A program made the translations under genes and the position numbers. Below the pieces are notes generated by a model, which saw only the letters and a list, made by a program, of their open reading frames with translations, was not told where the DNA came from and did not search any database. This document shows, piece after piece, positions 38,125 through 49,846 of a stretch of DNA of 62,686 bases; position 1 is the stretch's first letter; every line of letters starts with the position of its first letter. Source of the stretch: Vicugna vicugna (taxonomy: Eukaryota); assembly GCA_013265495.1 (NCBI GenBank), contig MU058478.1, positions 1-62,686 of the forward strand, written 5' to 3'.

Positions 38125-39063
38125 TGTGACCCAGCAGGACCCAAAGGGGGTCTTCCCAGAACAGCCCCCTGTCCCCCAAGATCCTCTGCCTGTCGCTTGT
38201 CTGTAGGAAAAACTTTAGTCTCCTTGGCTTCCCCAAGCTCCATTCCCTAAGAAAGAAAGGGAAACATTCAAGGAAGACAAAATAATAGCTTAGCCATTAA
38301 ACAAAGTCAAGGAAGGACCTTTAGTCCCACCTCAAGGGCTGTAGAAATTCTAATCCATGTCCTTTGAGCTGTTTTGCAGACATTGAAAGGTGGAAGACGT
38401 TAACTATGTTGGAAGAGTTGGAAGACGTTAACTCTATGCAGGTGGAAGACGTTAACTCTTTGCAGGTGGAAGACGTTAACTCTATGTTGGAAGAGTTGGA
38501 AGACGTTAACTCTGCAGGTGGAAGACGTTAACTCTATGCTGGAAGAGTTGGAAGACGTTAACTCTATGCAGGTGGAAGACGTTAACTCTTTGCAGGTGGA
38601 AGACGTTAACTCTATGCTGGAAGAGTTGGAAGACGTTAGCTCTGCAGGTGGAAGACGTTAACGTTATGCTGGAAGAGTTGGAAGACATTAACTCTATGCA
38701 GGTGGAAGACGTTAACTCTTTGCAGGTGGAAGACGTTAACTCTATGTTGGAAGAGTTGGAAGACGTTAACTCTATGTTGCCCACAAGCATGTAGACCCCA
38801 GGCTGACTGGCACATTAATGTTGACTTCTGCCTACCCCACCACCAACCAATGAGAAAAATAACACACACACCACAAACCCCTTCCCTCACCCGTATTTTA
38901 AAAACCTTTCCCTGAAAGTCTGGGGAGTTCGGATGCTTTAAGCACTGGACTCCCTTCTTGCGCCTCCTACCATCAATGATGCACTTTGCTTCACCACGGC
39001 CTGATATCAGCACACTGGCTTTCCTGCACATGGGCGAGTGGACCTAAGTTTGGTTCAGTAACA
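38125..39063 (+). mobile_element. solo ERV1-type LTR, 939 bp including an internal minisatellite
   Basis: TGTGAC..GTAACA termini; perfect TSD ATAA (38121-38124, 39064-39067); CCAAT at 38847-38851 and TATA-like TTTAAAAA near 38897. Confidence 0.9.
38391..38778 (+). repeat. minisatellite: 15 monomers with core TGGAAGACGTTAAC arranged as three ~130-bp higher-order units
   Basis: Monomer lengths 28,24,24,30,22 / 30,24,24,30,22 / 30,24,24,30,22(terminal), parsed directly. Confidence 0.95.
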
Positions 39064-40054
39064 ATAATATGCGTGTTAATAAGCACATTCAGGTGGTAGA
39101 CACGTGAGCTCAATCCAGCTGGAAAGTGTGTGAAAAGCAGCTCAGAACTGCACCACCAATGGGCTGTGGTATTTACCCCTCTTTAGTTGTGAGGTGCCCT
39201 TAAGGCGTCAGCTCAGCCATCCTTCCCTTCCCGTGCCCAGGAGCAAGCTCAGCTTCTGCTAGTGGAGGGTCATCAGGGAGGAATGCAAGTGCAGGTGATG
39301 GAGGTGACACTTCCGGTGTGGAGGAAACGACTTTGTCCCCGGCAGCTGGAGGTGGGGGGATTCAGGGCAGCCACTGGAGCATTTGCAGCAAACACACACC
39401 CATGTCCCCGTCCTGCTTGTGGGGAGTCGCATTTTCTTTTAGAATTTAGAAGCCCAGAATTGCAGAAAGAAAACAAACAAAACAAACAAACGTCTTAGCT
39501 GGTTTTTATTTATTCCATCAGTTTCAAGAAAAACGTGTTGGGAGTTGCTGGTGTAAAGATTGTAGCAAAGACGTGTTGCAAGTAGCAACGAACCTCACCA
39601 GGGAAGGGTGGAACGTGGGAAAAGCAGACGTGGCTGCTGGGGGTGGTGACAACAGCTTAGCCACGTCCTCACGCACGTGGCTCTGCCATCCTGCTGAGGG
39701 CTTGTTTCAGAGGACCGCTTCCCTTCCCCCCAGAACTTAGAGAGCACAGATAGAAAAACTTTTGGGAGTTTGGGAGACAGGAGTGAATGAAGCTGTTCTC
39801 AGGTGTCACTTCAGTTTTGGAAAACGCTCTTTCTAATGAACTGACCCCAGATCGTCCGCAGAGAAGAAATGTGATGTTTAATGTTTGCTCTTGTCAGCAC
39901 CGGGAAGGGTGCTTGGTAAGGAGCACCACCCATGCCCGCACAGCCTGGTTTTTTGGAATTAATCAAATCTAATGGATTTTTTTAATTTTTATTTTTGGCT
40001 TAGGTCATTGAAATTTTACAGCAATGTCGGATTAAATAGATGCTACATCGCCCC

Positions 40055-40442
40055 ATTTATTATTATTATACTGTATTATTACATTATATATTATATGATT
40101 AATAAATTATATATATTATATATTATTACATTATATATCATAATATTAATAATAATTACAATGTTATATCATTTATATATTATATATTATTATATTAATA
40201 TATTATTTATTTATATATTATATATTATTATGTTGTATTATTACATTATATATTATATTAATAACAATACATTATATTGTTTATATATTATTATATTATA
40301 TATCCTTATATTAATAATAATTACAATAATTATGTCATTTATATATTACATATTATTATATTATTATTAATCTATTATTATATTATTTATGTATTATTAT
40401 ATTATGTATTTATTATATTATATGATCACTATATTATATATA
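40055..40442. repeat. degenerate (TAT/TA)n low-complexity tract with internal ~120-bp periodicity
   Basis: Almost pure AT, with recurring TGTATTATTACATTATATATTATAT and ATTAATAATAATTACAAT blocks. Confidence 0.92.
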
Positions 40443-41071
40443 AAATAGCAAAACTTTGGAACCCAAAATATCTGGCCTTTAGGGACTGAATTTCATATTA
40501 GGTACCATTTTTTTTTTAAGGGAATGGATTTTCTCATTGAAAAGAAGAATCAGAATGCAGTTGTATTTTAATTAAACTAAATGTTACTGAAATTCATAGT
40601 TATTGCTCCAACATTATCATAATTAAAGTTAATGAGTAACCAAAGGTATAGATTTGAGCCACTGGGAGAGCTCCTGTATTAATAAATATAGAGCAATTCT
40701 ATAAACAGTAATGATTAAATAAAATTATAATACACATATTTTTTAGCACTTTGAAATAAATTTGGCTACCTGGGGAACTCTTAAATACTTCAGATAGTCA
40801 ATTAAAGAATTACACATCTGGCTATTTGTTGAGTCCTTTTGAAAATAATCTAAAGGTTATCTTCAGTTAAATGAGCCCTTGTTAGATAAAACATTAAAAA
40901 TCGGGAAACATTTAACAACGTTTTTCTGTGCCTGTAAAATCTTCAGAATATTTGCCTCTTCTTTGCCATCAATGTATGTTTGGTCAACAACAAAAAAAAA
41001 AACCAAAAACACATGCATCATTTAAATTGAAAATAATGGAATCATGTACTTTTTAAAAAAATATGCAAAGG

Positions 41072-41168
41072 TTTTTTTTTCAACATTTTTTATTGAGTAA
41101 TAGTCATTTTACAATGTGTCAAATTATTCCAGTGTGGAGCACAATTTTTCAGTTATACATCATACATA
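41072..41168 (-). mobile_element. young L1 3' end running into a gap
   Basis: TTTTTTCAACATTTTTTATTGAGTAATAGTCATTTTACAATG, the same subfamily as 56122-56332. Confidence 0.88.
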
Positions 41169-41335
41169 NNNNNNNNNNNNNNNNNNNNNNNNNNNNNNNN
41201 NNNNNNNNNNNNNNNNNNNNNNNNNNNNNNNNNNNNNNNNNNNNNNNNNNNNNNNNNNNNNNNNNNNNNNNNNNNNNNNNNNNNNNNNNNNNNNNNNNNN
41301 NNNNNNNNNNNNNNNNNNNNNNNNNNNNNNNNNNN
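41169..41335. other. assembly gap (167 N)
   Basis: Run of N. Confidence 1.
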
Positions 41336-42379
41336 TTCTGTAAATGAATTTATATTCTATGGCCATTTTATATGTGGGTATATATCATGAAAGAATATTA
41401 TTAAGCATTCTAAAACCTATTACTGTGAATCATAAATTAACTTTTTGTAGCCATTCATTAAGACACAATATATTTATTTGAATTTGGATGATGATTAATA
41501 AAATCAATGCTACAGAGCAGGGCAATAAAGCTATAAAGTATTTATGATTTTTATTTCTGTTTTATTATCTTATATCCACTATTTCACTGTAGGATGACCC
41601 GACTTGATAAATAATTAATGTGTCTGTCTTTAATCAAACTGTGGTGTTTGCATTTATAAAAACAAAATTAACCTCAAATTCTAATCATTTACATTAAATG
41701 ATTTCACTCTGTATTTCACAGGAGGATTGATTATAAGCTGGGAAAACAGCGAATGATTTGGGCTCCATTATCGAGATAGATGGCCTTACTTGATTATAAA
41801 TTTATTGTCTTCTATCTTTAAGGCCATTCATTCATTTTTATTATTGACCTTTATTGTGGGCATCAACCTGTTTGCGGAGGAATTGATCATGTAATCAGAA
41901 CACAAGACACCCTTGAGATTCAGAATGTACGTGGTATTTAATTTTTTTTTAAAGTCAGTAATTGTTGGATCACATTAACACGTCCATATCTTCAAAATTG
42001 TCTAGTTATAAAATGCTCACAACATGTAAGAGTTTCAGAACCTTAGACTGGTTCAAGTTTTGTGATTGAGAAAAATGTTTATGCTTCATCTAGAAATTCC
42101 CAGAAGCTGGAGACAAAGGCCAGACCTCTCTTTGGGCAAAGCCAAATTCTTGATTTTACAAATCAAGAAAATATTTTAAAATGGAGCAAGTCTCTCTCAT
42201 GGTTTCAGCAGGGAAGAGTGGGGAGCGGGGGGTGCTGATCCTCGGCTCCAGTCTTTGTCCCGAGGAATCAAGCCCCTTGTTTTCTGCCAGCATCACCCAT
42301 CTGAGCAGGAAAATGCTTGTCCTGAATCAGATAACTCATAATGTATTACTCGAATATCCACTATCCAGTAAAACATCAC

Positions 42380-45300
42380 TTACTATCCCGAATGCTAAGA
42401 ATATAAAAGATATTGAATAAACAAAGAAAATAAAAGAGGTGAATCCTTTATTAAAGAGATGAATCAGACGTTGGAATTGCTGTCGAGGATTTTTCAAGAA
42501 GCCATCATCAAAACGCCTCGAAGAGATATGAAGGACACTCTTGAAACAAATGAAAAATCGGGAGAAAACAGCAAAGAATAGCAGTGGAATAGAAATGATG
42601 CGAGGGTTATGAGAGGATCGAGAGGATATTACAGAACTTAACACGACAATAACCAGAGTGAATAACGGCTTGACAGGTTAGTTAGCAAAGTGAGGAAGAC
42701 GGATGGGGTGTCAGTGACCTTGAGGATAAATCAAATAAACTTAATCAAACTGAACAACCAAGCAAATGGCCCAAAAAGAAAAATAACAAATGAACAGAGT
42801 TCAGGGACTTCTGGGGCTAAAAAAAAAAATCTAACATTTGTAAAATGAACTCCCAGAAGACAGCAGAGAGGCAGAGGAACTGAAATAGTCAAAGAAATAA
42901 TGGTGAAAACTTCCTGAATGTGATAAAAGACATAAACCTACAGAATCAAGACGATGAGCAAACCACAAAAATAATAAACATCAATAAATCCATGTCAGGA
43001 TTCACCATAATTCAATTTCTAAAAAATAAGAAAGACAAGCCAAAGTCTTAAAAGCAGCTAGTGAGAAACAACGCATCACTATGTAAAGAAACAGCAATTG
43101 ACTGACACCGGATTTCTCACCTGAAAGCACTAGGACAGAAGAATTAACACAGCAATGCTTCAAGTATTGAAAGCAGAAAAAAAAACCCAAAAACCTGTCA
43201 ACCAAAATTCTGTTTCCATCAGGAGTAGGGGGAAGCAAGACATATACAAAGGGACATTCAGAGCGTTTGTCACCAGCAAATCTTCTTGCAGATAAAACTA
43301 ATGGAAACATTTTAAACAGAGCAGAAATGAAGATGGAAAGCTTGAAATTTCAAGGAAAAAAAGAATATCAGAAAAAGGCAAGAATAGGAATAAAAATAAT
43401 AAAGCCTTCATTCTCATGACCTTTGTAAGATGTCATTTATGGTGGAAAGAAATATTATAACATCGAATGTAGTGTTCAGTGTATGTATGCAAATAATCAA
43501 ATAATTATATTTAAAAAGTGGACAGGGTAAAGGGACTTAAATGGAAATAAGTTTCTACAAATTACTTGAAGGGATAAAACAGTGAGATAATTACACAGTG
43601 ATTGATACATATATATTGATTGATTTTATATATATATATAAAAATATATATATAGATTATATATATATATACATATATATATATATAAAATAACTCTGTC
43701 TCTGTCTTTATCTTATACAGTAGATAGAAAGTAACCACAAAGAAAATATTCAAGCTGATATGGTAAGAAATAATAATAAATCAAGATGAATTCTCTAAAA
43801 AAAATATTTATGTTTCCCACAAGAATGCCAGGGAAGTTATTCCATTGAGATATAGAAGAAATAAGTAAAAAAAAAAATTAATTTAATTGAAGAATTTAAG
43901 AAAGATCTGACATATCCATGATGACTTCAAATTATATAAATAGTTTAAACACGCCAATGAAAAGATATTGCCAGCATGGAAAAAAAATTTAGCCTGACTC
44001 ATCAATGTGCTGTCTTAAGGAAACACTTCAAATTAGAACAGTAGAGGTAGTTTAAAAAGAAAAGTAAAAAAAAAAAATGCACACTGTGCAACATTAATTT
44101 TTTAAAATCTATGCATGTGATCAAACTGCATAGATCTAAGCAAACACTTTTAAAAATAATTGCGTTTATAATGAGTGAGTTGATGGAGTTGGATGGATTG
44201 TATCAATGCCTATTTCCAACTTGTGATACAGTAGAGTTATTCAAATGTTACTATAGTGGGAAACTGGACATAAACTATGTGACATCTATCTGTGTCTTTT
44301 TTACAACTGTGATTGAGCCTACAATTAGCTCATAATTTAAAATCTAAGAAATTGGAGGCATTTATATAATAAATTAGAAGATGGGCCATAGCCATCCAAT
44401 GAGATGGCAGTTAGCATTTTTAGAGCTTCCAGAAACATCGCGTCTGAACTTGTTTAAAATGTGAGCGACGGGAATGAGTACAAATCAAGAAGAGAAGAAA
44501 GTCATTTGAGAAATTCACAAACGAAACAGCACACTTCCCAAAAACACAATGGCTCATGGAAGAAATCACAATAGAAATCAGAGAAATACCTTGAGATTTT
44601 TGACAATGAAGATAGAACATACCAAAACGGAGATGCAGGTAAGGAAGATCTTAGAAGGAAATTTATTGTTGTAAGTGTCCGTATTAAGAAAGAAATACAT
44701 TTTTGCTCAGCAAAAATAAACACTGTTAAGAGAATGAAAAGACAAGACACGGATTGGGAGAAAATGGCTTTTCATACTAAAACACTGAAAAAACCGTAAC
44801 AAACTGAACCTCAAACAAGCAGAAAGACGGAGGGAAATAATATTATAGCAGAAATTAATGACATAAATTCTAGATCTAACACAGAGTATCAGAGACAACA
44901 AAAGATAGTTTTTTTTGATTAGCAAAACTGACAAAACTTTAGCTAAATTGATGAAAGAGAGAACTCAAATTATAAATAAAATAAAATTTCAAAATAATTA
45001 TTTTTTAATCAATTATAAATAATCATAAAGCAAATAAAAATAATTATAAATGATACATAAGATATAAATACAACATATATAAATTATATATTATGTATAA
45101 ATTATATATAATATGAATATAAATTTATATATTTATTTTATATTTATTTATATTTATATAATATATATTACATATTTATTTATATATTTTATATATTTGT
45201 TTGTATATTATATATTTATAAATATATATTTATTTATATATTATATATTTTATGTATTTATTTATATATTATATATTTATAAATATATATTATATTTATA

Positions 45301-46525
45301 TATATTTATATTATATATAATTTATATTTATATAAATAATTATAAATCGGAAATAAAAAATGAAATAAAATAAAAATAATTACAAAGCTAAACCAGGACA
45401 ATTGCATGCCAATAAATTAGACAACTGAGAATAAAAGGGTGTAATTGTAGAAATACACAAACTACCATATTTGATTCAATATAGACAATATGAAAAACCT
45501 TGTATGAAGGAATAAGTCTGAATTATCAACCAAAAGCCTTTCCACAAAGCAAAGTCCAGGTCCAGGTCTTCATGACTTGAGATTTGGCAGTGGATTCTTA
45601 CGTAGGACACGCAGAAACTTGAACCATAAAATAAAAATTAGATATTTCAGTTTGTCTGAAAATTAATGGCATCTGTGCTTCAAAGAAAGCCATCAAGGAA
45701 ATGAAAACATGTCTCACAGAATAGGAGAAAAAATGTGCACATTTTATATCTGATTATATTTCTAATATATATGTGTCTCTCTCTATATATATCTCCTGAA
45801 TATAAAAATGACTCATAACTCAATAGCAAAAAGAAAATTCCCATTAAAATTTGGCAAAGGACCTGAATAGACATTTAGCTCAGGAAAATCTAAAAATATT
45901 CAATAATCCCATGAAAAGATATTCAACATTATTTATCATCAGGGAACTGCAAATAAAATCACACCACCCACTAGAATCAGAAATTATGGAAAAGAGATTG
46001 GTGGTTCCTTAATATGGTCAATCAAGAATTTCTATGTGGCCCAGCAATCCACTCTTAGATATATGCCCAAAGTATGAAAAATGTATGTTCAAACAAAGAA
46101 TTGTACACCTATGTGTACAATAACAGCTAAAAGATGAATGGTTAAAATAAAGTCACCCCGTACAATGGAATATTTTCCAGCCATAAAAGAAATGAGGTGC
46201 TGATAACACGCACAACACAGACGAACCTTGAAAATATTATGTTAACACAGGAAACCACATATTATGTCAGTTGGAAGGAAATGTCCAGGATAAGAAAATC
46301 GATAGAGATAGGAAGTGAGTTTGTGATTACCTGGGAATGAGTGCACACAGGGTGGACAGCCAAAGTGTGGGATTTCTCCCCCGAGATAAAGAAAATCCTC
46401 TAAAATTGACTGTAGTAATGGTTGACACTTATCTGTGAATATAATTAAAAAAATTGATTTGCACCCTTTAAATGTATGATTTGGCTGCTATGTGAATGTA
46501 CCTCAATAAAGTGGTCAAAATAAAA
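42380..46525 (+). mobile_element. fragmented old L1M complex (ORF1 relic ~42400-43380, ORF2 pieces, 3' UTRs at ~44110-44345 and ~46150-46525)
   Basis: ORF1-like AAAGAAATAATGGTGAAAACTTCC..AAACCTACAGAATCAAG..TCTTAAAAGCAGC; ORF2-like TGCCAATAAATTAGACAACT; 3' end ACCTCAATAAAG plus A-rich tail. Confidence 0.8.
44970..45380. repeat. AT-rich (TA/TTTA)n low-complexity tract within the L1
   Basis: Read directly from the sequence. Confidence 0.93.
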
Positions 46526-46559
46526 AAGAAGTGTGGAGCAGACTGGAGGCACTGGAGTG

Positions 46560-46855
46560 TTGCAATGGGGGAGGCAGTTTGAGATGCTGAATTGCGTTTT
46601 CAGGTTAGGTCTCCTTGGGAAGGTGAGATTTTTAGAAAAGACTTGAAGAAGGTGAGGGAGCCGGTCAATGGGATGTCATTTCAAGACGAGACATTAGCTA
46701 GAGCATGAGACCTCAGGGAGCAAGAAGGGCCAGACCCCCAGAGACACCAAGGGGGGAGTTGAAAAGGAAGAGCTCCCAGAATTACCGTGGGATTCCGATG
46801 ATAGACGGTGTACAGAACACAGCAGGAATCTTGGCTTCTACTCCAAATAAAGCAG
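46560..46855 (-). mobile_element. L2 fragment
   Basis: GAAGGTGAGATTTTTAGAAAAGACTTGAAGAAGGTGAGGGAGC is a typical antisense L2 motif. Confidence 0.6.
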
Positions 46856-48224
46856 AGTGACAAATCGTTATCTCATTATCAATATTTTAATAAATAATAT
46901 AAATAAATAATAAAATAATATTTATTTAATAAAATAAATATTTTAATAAAAATAAACAATATTTCAATAAAATATTAAATAAATATTTCATAAACAGGTT
47001 CCATTCAGTGAACTTGAAATAATTGGTGATAATATAAAACTTTCTCAATTAAACCACAAAAATCCCTTAACCGATTTCAGGTTAGGAGAAGTGTGACCCC
47101 GTTAGCACTGATAAAACTGCCTGGGTGTCAACTGGAATTAGCTGATTCAGATTAATTGCGACATGTCGTGCAATAGGATGTGATGGACGCAAGAAAATGT
47201 GCGATCTTAGGCTGCATCTGCTAATATTGACAACACTTAAGAATATAGACCAGTCTTAGTAGTTTTCAAAGCCGACTTGTAAGACAGCAACATGTTAAGT
47301 AAGCTTACTGTTTTCCGGCACCCAGAAATTTGATCTGCGTGGACACGTTGTTTTCATGAAGCACTAGGTCTAAAAATGGATTGCAGTGAACCCAGGTGTG
47401 TTGAAATCCCTTCAGAAATACTACCAATGGCTTCCAATTCAGCATGAAAAAAAAAAGGCTTACAATATATGTAGACTATAGAAATGCCAGTTAGCTTGGA
47501 TCCATGTGAAAAGAAAAATACTGTATCTCTTTATTACATTATATGATGGCTTTCCATGAGTTTGTACATCACAACGTTGGACCAGGAGCAAAGAGAGATG
47601 AAGAGACGAAGTCGTCAGCTATGAGGGATTGAAGAGAGAAGAAAGGTCATCTTTGAAGGTTATTGACTTAGCATTTATCATCCATTGTCCCATTTCTCAT
47701 CATTCTATGCATGTCTTGGGGACAGCTGTCACTCAAGTTGTCAGATCACGTCATGACTGGCTGTCAATTAATCGTTAAAGAGGGGACTTCACTCCCAGCC
47801 AGGCTCAGCTCGCACATTGGAAAGAGGCATTTTAGGAAATATTTACATTAGAGTGGGCCCTTCTGAAGTGTATCACCACCAAATGTGTATTTCCTTAATT
47901 TGTCCGTCAAGGAAAAATATTTAATCAAAAGTTAAATAATGAGGAACACAAGGGGAAAATTACGTTCCATTTCTTTCCCACTTGGCTTTGTCTATTTCAG
48001 GCAATCCAATTTGATTCCCTTCAATTTCTGCTTAACGTGGAAAGTGCCTTTTTCATTGTTTTAAGTTTCCAGACCAATGAAAACATTTCCTTTTTCCATG
48101 AATTGTATCAGACCTGAAAGGTGAGAAGAGTATTCTCTATCATATTTATTGTTCAACCAAATGCGGCTTCCCGGTTTAAATTCAATTTAAAGAAAGACTT
48201 CATTGAGCGTATAACACGTACACA

Positions 48225-48400
48225 AGAGGCAGTTAACATAGAAAAAAGGCAGAATCTTGACTTATTTAGACCTTAATGCTGCATTCTCTACCTCAATAGT
48301 TTACTTTGTCCAACAGAGCCTCAATTTCCTTCAATTTAAGTTAGGGTAACGAATGGCTGTCTTACAGGTGTATTATAAGTGCAAAAATTCTGCATTTGAG
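48225..48400 (+). mobile_element. MIR fragment
   Basis: GAGGCAG..GAGCCTCAATTTCCTTC..CTTACAGGTGTATTATAAG. Confidence 0.5.
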
Positions 48401-49722
48401 ATAACCCTACAAATGTTACTAAGAACTAGGAAACACATAGTTGCAATATTAATAAATACTTACTACATTTTCACACCACAAACTGAGTAGAGAAAGAGAG
48501 GCACACAGATGAGCATTACACTCTCGTCTTGAATATAGATAGAAAAATAGAAAAACTACAAGACAAGGCGTAATCACATTCATGAAAATGAGTTTTCTAT
48601 GAGTAGCTAGCACTTCTTCCATAGAAATTTTCCCCTTTAGGTATTTGATATTTGACTTTTTTAAAACAGTTTGTATGGGGCATCATTTTAACATCATCTT
48701 CCAAATATTTCTAAAGTGTGCTTTTCAGACAGAAGGAAATAATCTTGGATAGAATCTCAGAGGTGCAAGACGGAATGAGATGTGCAAACACAAATGAGTG
48801 TGGAACTGTAAATAAATAGAATTATAGAATAGAGCCATGCGGGTGATGATTTCCACACCTATCTATTTATCTATCCATCCGTCATCCAGAATTGAAACAT
48901 GTTACATTTAGACCACAGAAAGCAGAACAGAAATGAATTATAATGAATCACAGATTTAACATTCTCCAACAGTCTCCCATTAGCATCATACAAAAGGGAA
49001 GCATATGGACCAGTATCTCTAATAAATATGGATAAAATAATTCTAAATAAATGATTCAAGTATATAGACTTGTAGAGTGACTATTATATCTCATTCAAGT
49101 TGGGTTTATTTTATTGCTATCCTGCAAAAATGCACATTTAACTGAACAACACACAGCAACACATATGAGGGTTATACATACGTGTATAATGTAATTTATA
49201 TTAATTACATATAATTATAACTTAGGTATATAATTAAAAAAACAAATTAGCCCAGATCAAATAGTTATCATAAAATCAAAATTGAATACAAATAAAATGG
49301 AAATAAAGTTGAAAACAAGATCTTTAGATAACACATTCCTAATAATTGCGGTGTTGAATACAAAATCAAAATTAAAATTTCAGATAAATTAGAAAGATCT
49401 CTGGGAAATTTAACAATATAATTTAGTTCTCTACACTTAAGGGCAACCATAGTATTTCTTATTGTTTCTATTCTGTTTCTTCAGGGTTTCCCTCAAGAAT
49501 TACATACAACTGTAAATGTTTGATTTCTGTTCTTTTTACTCAATATTTGCATACCTTTAGCTCATATTTCTAATTTAGTTATTCTTCCCTTCTGCATTCT
49601 TACTGGAATTTTCAATTTGGTACTCAACTGCTTTTTGAGTTTCCACAGTGTTAATTCAGCTTTTTGTCTGCTCATTTTACAGAAGTGGTAAAAAGTTCGC
49701 TGAAAAATTTAAATCGTGCTTT

Positions 49723-49846
49723 TTTTTTAATTTATTTTTTGGGGGGGAGGTAATTAGGTTTTATTTGTTAATGGAGGGAGGGGATTGAACCCGGGACCTC
49801 GTGCATACCAAGCACATGCTCTACCACTGAGCTGTACACTCTCCCC
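49723..49846 (-). mobile_element. tRNA-derived SINE (camelid vic-1-like)
   Basis: Minus strand: A box CAGCTCAGTGG, B box GGTTCAATCC, tail AAATAAAACCTAATTACCTCCCC. TSD TTTAAATCGTGCTTT (49708-49722) / TTTAAATGATGCTTT (49847-49861). Confidence 0.93.

Noticed and set aside
38391..38778. CRISPR-like array (constant repeat with variable linkers)
   Set aside because: The linkers are only 8-16 bp and recur periodically rather than being unique spacers. There are no cas genes, and the array lies within a mammalian LTR.
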